From NCBI RefSeq assembly GCF_006345805.1, contig NC_043002.1:118358001-118422000 (forward strand): a stretch of DNA of 64,000 bases, written 5' to 3'. Each line of letters begins with the position of its first letter. The first letter of the stretch is position 1. This document shows, one piece after another, positions 50,001 through 62,000 of the stretch. The notes beneath the pieces were generated by a model, which was given only the letters and a program-made list of their open reading frames with translations, ran no database searches and was not told the origin of the DNA. The stretch comes from Octopus sinensis. Lineage: Eukaryota. The position numbers and the translations under genes were made by a program.

Positions 50001-53000
50001 TGCTGTATAAAACTTGCTGGTAACTTTCTCTGCTGTCTGTACCTCTCATTGGTTAAAGGAGCAACAACTGATCAGTTGTAAACTATTTTCTGTTTGTGAA
50101 GAATGAGCTTATTCCTTGGGATGCAGTTTTAACAATTAGGATTATCGTGTGAAGGGTTGCAGCGCAATAGTTATCTCAACACCAAGACAAATGTATCTTT
50201 GACAAAATGCATAACTGTTCTCACTCCAAACCAAGTAGTAGCAACAACAGATGCTCTACCCTACCCTTTACCTTATACATGGTTATCTCTCTCTATATAA
50301 ACAGCAGTGTGTCTGTTTGGTTGTACCCTCACTCTGAGCACGGCTTTCTACCGATTCTGATGAAACTTGACACACACATAGCCCAATGTCATAATTCAAA
50401 ACTAACGCAGCGAAAATTTTGAAAAGTTCCCCCAGTTCTGAAAAAGATCGATAAATTCGACAATTAGAAACACAAACCACAGATGGTCTAGGGGGCGCAA
50501 CTCGACCTTTTTAACTATCAAAAAAAATTTACCATCATTTTTTTTCCCATTTTTTTGCTATTTTTTGGCTATAACTCTCTAAAAATGCTTTATAGTTATT
50601 TCCCTTACAAACCCGAGCAACGCCGGGCGATACTGCTAGTATATATATATATGTGGTTGTTTATTTGTATAAGTATGTAAATAGTGTCTGTGTATAGTTT
50701 TTTTTTATGTATGTGAGGGTATGCATATTTGTGTAGCAAGAAAAGCTAGATATGCTTAACCAGAGGATAAGCCAAAAGTGAAAAGTTGTTAATCTTCTGA
50801 GACATAAATTACTGAAGCATGAGGTTTTCCAGATATCAAAGCGGAATGATTGGGAGAAGTGTATTTATAGTACTCTTGCCCTTATCAATACTGGAAAAAA
50901 AGAAATGTGGACTTGCTATTACGAGAGAAGTGTATTCCAGTATGGTAGACAAGGTGATGAAGGTAGGAAAAGATTCAAAGATCAACTTAAGGATTAAGAA
51001 GACTTTGAGTGCATCTGGGACACTGGAGAAATGAAGAACTTGAAACTAGCTTTGCTTCTGTGGTGCTTGCATTATCACATTCATCAGACACATGTATTCT
51101 ATATCAATGATTCTTGAAAATACTCAAAAGATTTCACCAGAATTTTCTAAGATCTACATAAAGCATCAGTTGGGAATCTTTTACAGCTGACTCATAAATG
51201 TTTGAAAAGGCAGATTGTCTCAGTATAGAAGCTCACCTCATCAAATACTATATGTGATAGGTTGGTCATGCCATCTGTTTTGATTTCAGGCTTCTAAAGT
51301 GATTAGTTCTTGGTATGAAAAGATTTCATGAGATTACAAAAAACAAAAACATATGCTTGAGTCCTTGAACATCAACATTGTTCATTGAGAACATCTCACT
51401 CTGAACAGACGCAAATGGCAGTCTATATCTAGGAACTGCAGTTTGAGAAAATTCGATTTGCCCAGGATATTGAATTTGTTGAGCTTGTTCCTTAAACTTT
51501 GAAATGTCTTTTTATGTAAACATTGAAGTAAACTATTTACTACAGAAGTTTTATTTAGATATACCTTTTAATGTCTTTTAATATGAACATTTCATTTAGG
51601 TTATGGATGAAGCAGACAGAATTCTTAACATGGATTTTACAGATGATGTAAGTTTATTTTTTATTGATACAAAATATTTTACTTTTCATAGAACTTATCA
51701 ATGAACTTTTGCCAGAGCTCCCTGTGATATATTGTCAAGTATTATAACTCTCTGTATCTTATTATAATCATTATCATCATGTTCTATGTTTTCTTTCCAT
51801 GCTGGCATGGGCAGAGTCGGCACATATTTAGAGTGCTGCTCAGCTAGACAGTTTGAAAGGACTGCCCTTTTAACTGCTCAACTGGGTGTACTGGGTGCTT
51901 TCATCATGGCACCAGCACTAAGGAGGTGTCATGTTCTCAACAAGACTAAAGTGTCTTCATCCAATCTTACATTTTACAGAGCAAACTTCTCTGCTCTGGC
52001 TTGGCAGACTATAAAGAAGAGAAGTGGGCTGAGAATTGAGCCTTATGAAGACTCTTTTGCTATTTCTCACTACACTTGTCACTAACTCTTATCTCATTTC
52101 ACTATTTTGTTGGGGTTGCTGATATACACTGTTGAGTGACTGTATCCTTATTTAACTTTATAGAAATAGCTTGTCTGTCTCACAAGCAAAAAGATAGGGT
52201 TGGCACATCGAAAAAAATGTAATACTTCAGATTTATGTACATTTTTTTTCTCCAATTTTACTTGGAGTAATTGTAATAGATTAAACTATCTTTGCCTTTT
52301 CAAGCTGTTGTTTGTTAAGCATTTCTGCTATAATTATATAACTTTGGTTATCATCATCATCATCATCATGTCATGACAAGTGGGGTACCTCATTAAAGCC
52401 TCTCAACAATGGTTATAGAGTACATCTACCATATGTAAGAACACCTACCCTGGAGGATTCAAGGGAGGATCTACTGGGACTCCAGCCTTAGCCAAAGTAG
52501 TAACATTCTACAGAACCATCTGGCAGAGGGAGAATAGGGGTTCTTTTCATGACTTAATCAGGAAAATGCTTGTGAAATATCAATGGTAGAATGAAGAAGA
52601 AAATTGGAGTTAAGGAACTTTTGCAGTCATCATCACATATCAGAAGTCTGGGGAATATCAAATTGGACTTTAAGCTGTACTTTAACCCTAGAAGACAAAA
52701 GAGGGTCTACTTAGGGTCTTAACATATTTTTCAAATGTTGACTCCAAAGGATTTTTGCCTCATGAAGTATTCACTGAATAGGCAATTTAAAACAAATGAC
52801 GGGAAAAAATTCCTTAGATGTGCCTTCTGTAGAGAGAATGTATCATGGCACTCCGTTGGTTTCGACGACGAGGGTTCCAGTTGATCCGATCAACGGAGCA
52901 GCCTGCTTGTGAAATTAACGTGCAAGTGACTGAGCACTCCATAGATGTGTACCCTTAATGGAGTTCTCAGGGAGATTCAGTGTGACAAGGCTGGCCCTTT

Positions 53001-56000
53001 GAAATTCAGTTACAACAGAAACAGGAAGAAAGTTGTGGTGAAATAGTACAGCAGGGATCGCCACCACCCCCTGCCAGAGCCTCGTGGAGCTTTAGGTGTT
53101 TATGCTCAATAAACACTCACAACGCCCAGTCTGGGAATTGAAATCGTGATCCTACAACCGTGAGTCTGCTGGACTAACCACTGGGCCATTGCACCTCCAC
53201 TAGAGAATGTACAGTTGAGCAGGGAATAACAATAAAGTGTTTCCACCACATTTCTTAAAAATCATGGTAGAAGGCTTGGTCTTGGGACCACTCATGTCTG
53301 GAAACTAAGGTTGGGGGTAGCAAGGGCACGCTCCCCGTAGAAAATCCAGCTTCAAAAAAACCTCATGATAATAGCAAAGGTTGGGGTGGACTGCACCTGC
53401 CTACCTAAAAAAGGAAGGTGCAAACCCTCATCCTGGGTTACGCAAGCATGACTTGCCTTATGATGGCCAACCGCCTGGGGTGAGGTTGGAAAGTTGGAAT
53501 GTGGGCACTCTGTGTGGAAGGGGAACTGAAGTATGTGAGGAATTGAGGAAGAGGAGAGTGGATGGGCCAGGGTGCAAGATTTGTAGGGGTCAAGGGAAGA
53601 AGGTACTAGTTGTGGTAGAGAAAGAGCAGGGGGACTGGAGGTGTGAGAGTTTTGGTGAAGGAAGAAATCTGTGCGAAGGTGGTGGAGGTTAGGAGAAAGA
53701 GTGACAGAGGGATGACAGTAGTGTTAGCAATTGAGGAAGAAGAAGTGGTGAAGGGGATTTGTGGGTCTGGTCCTCAAAGTGGAAGAGGGATCACTGGGAA
53801 AGAGCAGTTCTTGGATGAAATGGCGAATGAGTGAGACTTACAAAAGGTAGCTGAATTGGTTTTGGGCATGGGTGATTTTAATGGACATGTTTGGAAATTG
53901 ATCCAGGGCTTTGAGGGTGTACAGGGGGGAAATGGAATTGGAGAGAGAAATTTGGATGGAAGGATGCTGTTGGAGTTTTGTGATGAGAAAAAGTTGTGTG
54001 GTGAATACATGGTTTAGGAAAACAGAGAAAAGGAAGGTGACTTTCAGTGCAGGATGGAATGAGACAGAGATTGATTTCATGTTGGTTGGCAGGAAAAACA
54101 GAAAATATCTGAGAGAAGTGAAGACAATACCAGGGGAGTTGCAGTACAGGTTGGTGGTTGCTGACTTGGATAAGAGGAAAGTTAAAAAGCATGTGAGAAA
54201 TGTAACAGTTGAGAGGAGAAAAGTGTGGAAAGTGAAAGAAGAAACAAAAGAAAGGTTTGAGGAGAGGGTTGGGGAGTTGGTAAGCATTGATGCACCGGAT
54301 TTATGGAAGTTTTTTAAAGAATGGGTACTAAGGTGTGTGACAAGACGAAAAATAGGAGAGATCAAGGAGGTGAGGGATGCGATAGCAAGGAAGAAGGAAG
54401 TACACAAAGCTTTATGTAATAAAAGGACTGAGCAAATGAAAGCCAGGTATAATAAGATGGAGAATTGTGCAAAGAGGGTGGTTGCAAGATCTATGAGGAA
54501 GTAGGCTGAGGAGAGGTTGAGCAGGCTGGATGAGAACCCAGATAGAGTGTGTAAGGTTTATTAAATCAATGAAAAGTGATGGAAGAGATGAGGGGGAGTG
54601 ATGGAAGGTTGAATTTTAGTGAGAAGGGCAGGGGAAGAGTTTGGGAGGAGCATATAGAGGGAATTATGAATGGGATCAGAGGGTGGAAGTTGCTCTGGTG
54701 AAGGGGCCAGTGGAGAGGGTTTGTTGGGAAGAAGTAGTGGAGGCAATGAAGGAAATGAAAAGAAGAAAGGCAGCTGGTCCATCAGAAGTAAGTGTGGAAA
54801 TGATAACTGCAAGTGGAGAGATAGGGATTGTGGTGATGATGGAGCTGTGCCAGGGTGTGCTGGATGGAAGAGGAATGCCAAATGATTGGGCACTAAATGT
54901 GGGGATGCGATGAGTTGTTGGGCGTATAGGGGAGTGAAGTTATTGGAGCATGCAATGAAGATAGTGGAAAGGGTGTTGGAGAGGAGAATTCGGAAAGGGG
55001 TGGATGTGAATGAGATACAATTTGGTTTTATGCCAGAAAGGGGGACAGTAGATGGAGTGTTCATTGTAAGGAGATTGCAGGAGGAACACTGAGATAAGCG
55101 GAAGTCAGTTGCACATGTGCTTCATTGATGTGGAGAAGGCATTTGACAGGGTTCCAAGGAAGGTGACTGAGTAGGCATTGAGGAAGAGAGGTGTACTAGT
55201 GAGAGTAGTGATGAGTTTGCATGATGAGGTAAAGACAAAAGTGTTGTTAGCAATAGTGATTGATGTGCAAGAGAGGGGCTGCTAATGGAGGTACTGTATT
55301 ACCTTGTTCTGATGAGTGAGATGATGGAGGGATTGAGGGAGAAGTTTTGGAAATGGAAGGAGGTGTTTGAAGGTAAACCTCAGGAAGACAAAGGTGATGG
55401 TGAGTGGGGTGGAAGGAGAAGTGTTAGTGAGTAAGGTGGATCCATGTGGGGGGAGGGTAATGGCAAATGCAATGTTGCGTACGAGATGTGAGAAATGGAT
55501 CAATGGTAGATGTACGTAAATGAAGAAAGTGACCCCAAGACTGGCAAGAGAGTTTGTTTGTGGAAGATGTGAGAAAGGAGCTGGAGGGCTGGCGGAGTCA
55601 GTGGAAACAGAATGTGACAAGGAGGAGACAGTGAGGGGGGTTTGTTATTTGGGAGATAGGGTGGATGTGAAGTTCAGGGAATGTAGAGCATTGTTATATG
55701 GGAGAAGGTTCTCATTGAAGAGGAAAGGAAAGGTGTATAGGAGTTGTGCGAGAGCTGCAATACTGAATGGGAGTGAGACATGGTGTTTGAGGGGGAGAGA
55801 GAGAGAGAGAGATGGTAGTTTTGAGGAGGACTGAGGGAGAGCAATGTGTGGCATGAGGCTATTTGATAAGAGGAGGACTGAGGACTTGATGGGGATGCTG
55901 GGGCTGGAGGAATCGGTGGAATGGCTGGCAAGGGTGAGTGGAGTGCAGTGGTATGGGCATGTGTTGAGGAGGGATGAGGAGCATGTTCTGAAGAGGATGC

Positions 56001-59000
56001 TAGAGTTTGAGGTGAATGGACAGCGAAAGCGAGGTAGACTGAGGAAAATGTGGAGGAGGAGATTGGGAGAGTTGGCTTGAGAAGGGAAGATGCCCAAAAC
56101 TGGTAAAGATGGTGTGAGGGCGGTTGCTATGGCATTGATGTAGATCCGACCACCCCCGTTAACAGGGACAAAACTCAGATTCAAAATGATGGATGGATGT
56201 AGTGAATAAAAAAGTAAAAAATGAATCAATTAAGATGGTATATGTGATGCAAAGAAAAAACTATTAGCATTAATGATCATTTCTGTGGCTGAATGCAAAC
56301 TCAGGAAGGTACTTCATAAAAATTGTCACTGAAATTGTAGTTTTCTTAGGTTGACTCTGTATTGCAATAATATCAATGATAAACTTCTGAATACTTGAAA
56401 TAGTCAAAACCAGTCCACAAAGTCTTCTTCAAAATAAGCTCAGCTCCTTACCATTTTCTATGAGTAAGAACCAAATTAAATAAATCTTTGCTACAACTAA
56501 CCATAAAATACTTCTTTTATCAGATTGACAAAATATTGCAAGCTCTTCCTCGGGATCGGAAAACTTATCTTTACTCTGCAACAATGACCAAGAAGGTAAA
56601 ACAAAAAGAAAAAAAAAAATTGTTTTTTTATTTGTTTAATATTATTTTTTTAATCATATATAATTATGTTGATTAATTTCCAGTTTGGTTAAATCTTACC
56701 ACTGTTAGAACTTTAAAAAATATATTTAAGCAATTAGAATTTATTATATACAATGGTTTTATCCTGAGATAGTATCTCTTTTAGATATACAGTGTTAAAC
56801 AACTTAGAAATGTATGAGTTCAGCAGCAGTGCTAGATATTCATTTCTGCCTCTTTGAACTTTGTCAATAGCCATTCTCCACTGGCAGCAGCTGCCTGCCA
56901 AGACAAAATCTGTCATTAATGATTCAGTAAAACAATGACTGGAAAAAAAAACATTGATTTTGCAATTCGCTGGTTGGCTGAATAAAAGTTTGTTATATGC
57001 AACTGCAGTTAATTAGGTTTTCCCTTATATATCACCAATTAATATAAGTATGATACACAAATTACTATTTTAAGCAATGTGCTGCAATTTAGTTGCTAGA
57101 TTCATAGAATTAGAAAAAAAAGAAAGCCTTTTTAATTTACACTTAGTGCTTCATTTAGGTCAGCAATTTGCAAAACAGTAGATTATTTTCTCCATTGTTT
57201 TTAGAATTATCTCCATTCAGGATATCTTTGACAGGAAATTAATGTAAATAGGTGCAGGCATGGTTGTGCAGTTAAGGAGATCACTTTCCAATCACATGGT
57301 TTTGGGTGTTAAATGCCTTTTGAGTAAATTTGGGAAACAAAACTGTTAGTGTGTGTGTAATAAAATATTGCACAGGAGGATGACAAAAGAATATAAGGAA
57401 AACAGGAGAAAAATTCACAAAGGATGTGGATGCTCCCACCTTTTGTCAGTTATCAACCAGAAATCATCACCATTTGCTAAACTGCTAAGTTAAAAGGATG
57501 CAAACAAATCTGTGCCCGTTCTGAAGTGGTGCTGGGGACAAACACACACACACACACACATATGTATGCACAATAGATTTCTTTTAGTTTCCATCTTGCA
57601 GATCCACTCACATGCTTTTATTGCCCTAGGGCTACAGCAGAAGACACTTGCCTAAGGTGCCATGCAGTGGGACTGAACTCATGACCACAACTGTGTGTAA
57701 ATTAGACTTAATTAAATAGACTGGTCAATTATGAACAACTGTCTTTTTACATAATTTCTCTATAAACAAAAAATCGAAGGATCTGATGAATTAGTTTCCT
57801 TCTTTATTGAGATTCCACCACCGACTGACTTCCTTCTCTAGCTGTCTGTCTATCATAAAACTGTATATATGGTCGTAATTACTAAGAGTTTCATTAAATT
57901 AGACAACCCTTTTTGGCATGAATAACACATTATTGGCAGCTACTTCAATTTATAAATTACTAACTCATTAACAGTGTTGGTTTTGGTGTTATGATATACT
58001 ACAGAATAAACCTATAGATTTCAGCTAACACTGTACAACTGTCTTATAAAATCTGTCCATAGGTTAGTGTTGGCTGAAATCTATAAATTTATTTTGTAGT
58101 ACAATGTTAATAGGTGTAGGCATGGCTGTGTGATTAAGAAGTTCGCTCAGAAATCATGTGGTTAAAGATTTGTTTCTGCTGTGTAAACATTGTTGGGTGG
58201 CATTCTGTACAATAACTACAGGTCAACCAATAGCTTGTAAGTGAAATTAGTTGACATAATTTGAAGACGCCTCATGCGTGTGGATGGTAGGCTGTGTGGT
58301 AAGAAGTTTGCTTCTCAACCACATGGTTCTCAATTTAGTCTCACAGCATGACACCTTGGGCAAGTCTCTTCTATCAGATCATTAAAAATGAATTGTCCGA
58401 TTTTTAGCAAAAAAACTTTATTTTACTTTCCCTCAACAAAAAGCAATGCAGTTAATCAAAGTATGCACCTAAATTATCAACACAATTTTGCCATTTTATC
58501 GGCAGCTTATTTATGCCAGCAGTGAAGAATTCTGGAGAACAAGAGATGATGAAATCACGAAAGACTGTTTTTGCATCTTCTTCAGATTTGAAGTTTTTTC
58601 CTTGCAAAAAGTTGTCAAATGCCTGGAAAATGTGATTGCCAGTTGGTGCAAGGTCTATTCAATATGGAGGATGACAGAGTATTTCCAAGTTCAGTTCCTG
58701 TAACTTGAGTAGCATTCTTTGTGCAACATGTGGTCGAGCATTGTCTTGCAAGAGAATTGGCTGCCTGTCTCTATTGACCAGTTGCAAGTTCACTCATTAT
58801 TTCATCCAATTGGTTGATGTATATATACATCTGCTGTAGTTGATTTATCAGGCCTCATGAAGCTGTAGTGAATAATACCAGTGCTGGACCACCAAACAGA
58901 CACTATTAGCTTTTTTTTTGGATTGTGTTTTGGCACTTCATCTCTACCCAACAACCATGCAGAATGCTTGCTATTATTGAAAAGAATCCATTTTTCATCA

Positions 59001-62000
59001 CATGTAACAATACAATGCAAAAATGGTTCACTTTTATGCAATGACATGTCATTTGATGCTCTTTACCTATCTGATTTGTTTTAGATGGTCCAAATTCACT
59101 TGATCATGATGAAAAATACTCCTCCAGTACTGTTCTGACCTAGTCTACACAATTCATATTTTTTCCATCCAAATGATTTTGAAGACTGTGGAATAAATGA
59201 TAATCAGATGGGGCAATGTCTGGCGAATATAGTGGGTGGGGCATCATTTCCCATTCAAACTGCTCCAGCATTTTGGAATATCCATTGCTGTATATGGTCG
59301 AGCATTATTCTGATGGATGAACACCTTTGGTCGTTTTCCTTCTAGCTCTGTCTCGAATGACCAAATCCAAGATTCTCTGCTAGTTCCTCAACAGTTATGA
59401 TGGGATTTTCTTCCACCAGGGTTTGCAGGACATCTTTGTCGAGCTCTATAGATCTTCCAAGACGAGGCTTGTCTTCTAGGCTGTAGTTGCTGGCTTGAAA
59501 TTTCTGGAACCATCGTTGACACTGGCTTATGCTTATTGTCCGATCCCCAGATACTGCATTAATATTCCTCGCACTTTCCATTGTTGCCTTTATTGAAATC
59601 ACAAAGCAAAATGTGCTGAATAATGCTCCTTTGTCACTTCCATTATAGCTTTGAAACAAATAACTGTTTAAATCGAACTGCACTCTTTAAAACTTGTAAG
59701 AATAAGGATAAGGTAAAATTACTACCTGCTTTTATAGCAAGTTGATGCTGGTAGTTTATCCTGTCCCCCGCTGACTTTTAGTTCATACAATTGAAAAAAC
59801 TGCATTATTTATGGGATATATATATATATATGTATATATGTTTGTCTGTGTAAGTTCATATTTCCCTTAGCTTTACGTGTCTTTTCTTGAATTTTCGCAA
59901 TGACCATTCTTTGTTTCAGGTTGCTAAACTTCAACGGGCATCTTTGAAAAATCCAGTGCGGCTGGAAGTCTCAACCAAATATACAACAGTAGACAAACTC
60001 CAGCAATTCTATTTATTCATTCCAGCAAGATTCAAGGTACTTAAACTTAAATTCACTCTCTTGATTTTACCCACCCACCCTTTCTAATCCTCTGCTCTTA
60101 TTCTCTCTTATATTCACATCTTCTTCCTTCAGGGTATGCCCCCAACACTACACCACCACCACCATATTTTCTCTCTTTCCAGCTTGGGTGGCCATGTATC
60201 TCCCCTACTGCAAAACATCAGTTCCTCTTCCACTATCATAACATCTGGCAAAAGCTGCCTCCCTCAATATTACGTCCTTACTCAGAGGGGTTATTCTTGT
60301 CTTGCAAGTCACAAGGACCTCACTAGTGTTGATGCCATAAAAAAAAACGTCCAGTGCACACTGTAAAACGTCTGGCATTAGGAAGGGTGTCCAACCATAG
60401 AAATCATGTGAAAGCTGGCGTTGGAACTTGCCACAGTCCTCCGGTTTGTCATCCTGTCAAACTATCCAACTCCACTCAGCATGGATGAGGAATGTTAAAT
60501 GATCCTGATGAGGATGGTGAAGTTATCATCTAAATCAAATGCTCGAGTTAAAAAATTAGAGATGCTGAGTGAGGTACTGATTTTTGTAAGTCAACAGGTT
60601 TTGCTGAGATGAGACAAAATGATAATGGCTTGCTATTATAACCCCAATATTTTTGTTTAGTTGACAAAATATTTGATTATTTACAAAGCTATATTTGAAA
60701 TTTATTGAAATTAGCTTAGCCAATATCAATGTTCTATTGATTAACAATAGTGGAGTTACAGCAGGGAGAGAAATCTAAGAATGATTAAATCAATGCTCTT
60801 GTAGTCAATGTTTGTGTGCTGTTCTTGTATTTAAAAAAAAAAAATGTTGGTTTCCTTTATAGTCATACATGGTAACCAAATAGATTTAATAACTGTTTAC
60901 ATAAACCAAAGAGGATTCTACATGGTCATTCAACCTGCTAGAAATAACAGCCAATTCCTCATACCGACTGTAAGGTTTTAAAAAAGGAGACATGCATCTA
61001 GGTTAATGTAATCCTGGGTATGCTAGCTCCAATGCCTCTTCTTGATTAGTACTTACCTAGGGCTAGACAACGATATCCTACATAAAAATATCATATTTGT
61101 TATTTTAATGATTATCTCATTTCTTCAAATTTATATTAGTTTTGTTTTAAAAAGAGTTGGCTTTCTTGCTTGCTGTTGATTAGTCTTCAAAATATATATT
61201 TATTGCAAGCTGAATCTAATAAGTCTTCAATAGTTTGTTCAACTACATTTTAAAAACTTATGCTTAAAGCTTCTCCTAACTTCTTAACCAAATGAATTAT
61301 CATACAAGCTAGTTTCATTTTAAAAGAATTCAAAATTTTGTTTTCTTCATTCATTTAAAAATCTTTTCCAGGATGTTTACCTCACTTTTGCATTGAATGA
61401 GCAATCAGGGAAGTCTTGTATCATTTTCTGTAATACTTGTTCTAATACTCAACGTATTGCTCTGATGTTACGTAACCTTGGTATTAGTGCAATTCCTTTA
61501 CATGGTCAACTTTCACAGGTGGGTAAATTTTGACAATTGTTATATCTTTACAATAGTGGTTAAGAAAAATTTTAATTATCCAACTTAAATGTTCTTCCAT
61601 GCTAGTAAAATTTTAGTTATTTTGATTTCATTTTTGGTTTTATTTGTAATCCTTTTAAGACTACAGGTTCACCATGGCTGTGTTAAGAAGTTAATTTTGC
61701 AACTAGGAGGTTGAGACTTCAATCCCACATTGTGGCTTCTTCGTCAAATGTTTTCTTCCCTGACTCTGGATTGACTTTGGTACTGACTGAAATTTCTGTA
61801 GACAGGAATTATGTGAGCCTGTTGGATGGATTGTTTCTGTTTTTAGGTGTTACACTTAAACTGCTATTTGGTTTAAAAACACCAATTAGCCCTTAAGTGC
61901 CTTTAGTGGAGTTCCACTGTTGCTAGTATTCATGACAAATTTCCAGTCAGGGATAATTTCCTCTTACAAGTCTCAGAGTCCCTGAAAAGTATCATGTTCT

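Noticed and set aside
2631-53200. tRNA-like A/B-box sequences as tRNA genes
   Set aside because: All are SINE heads joined to SINE bodies, with no complete cloverleaf
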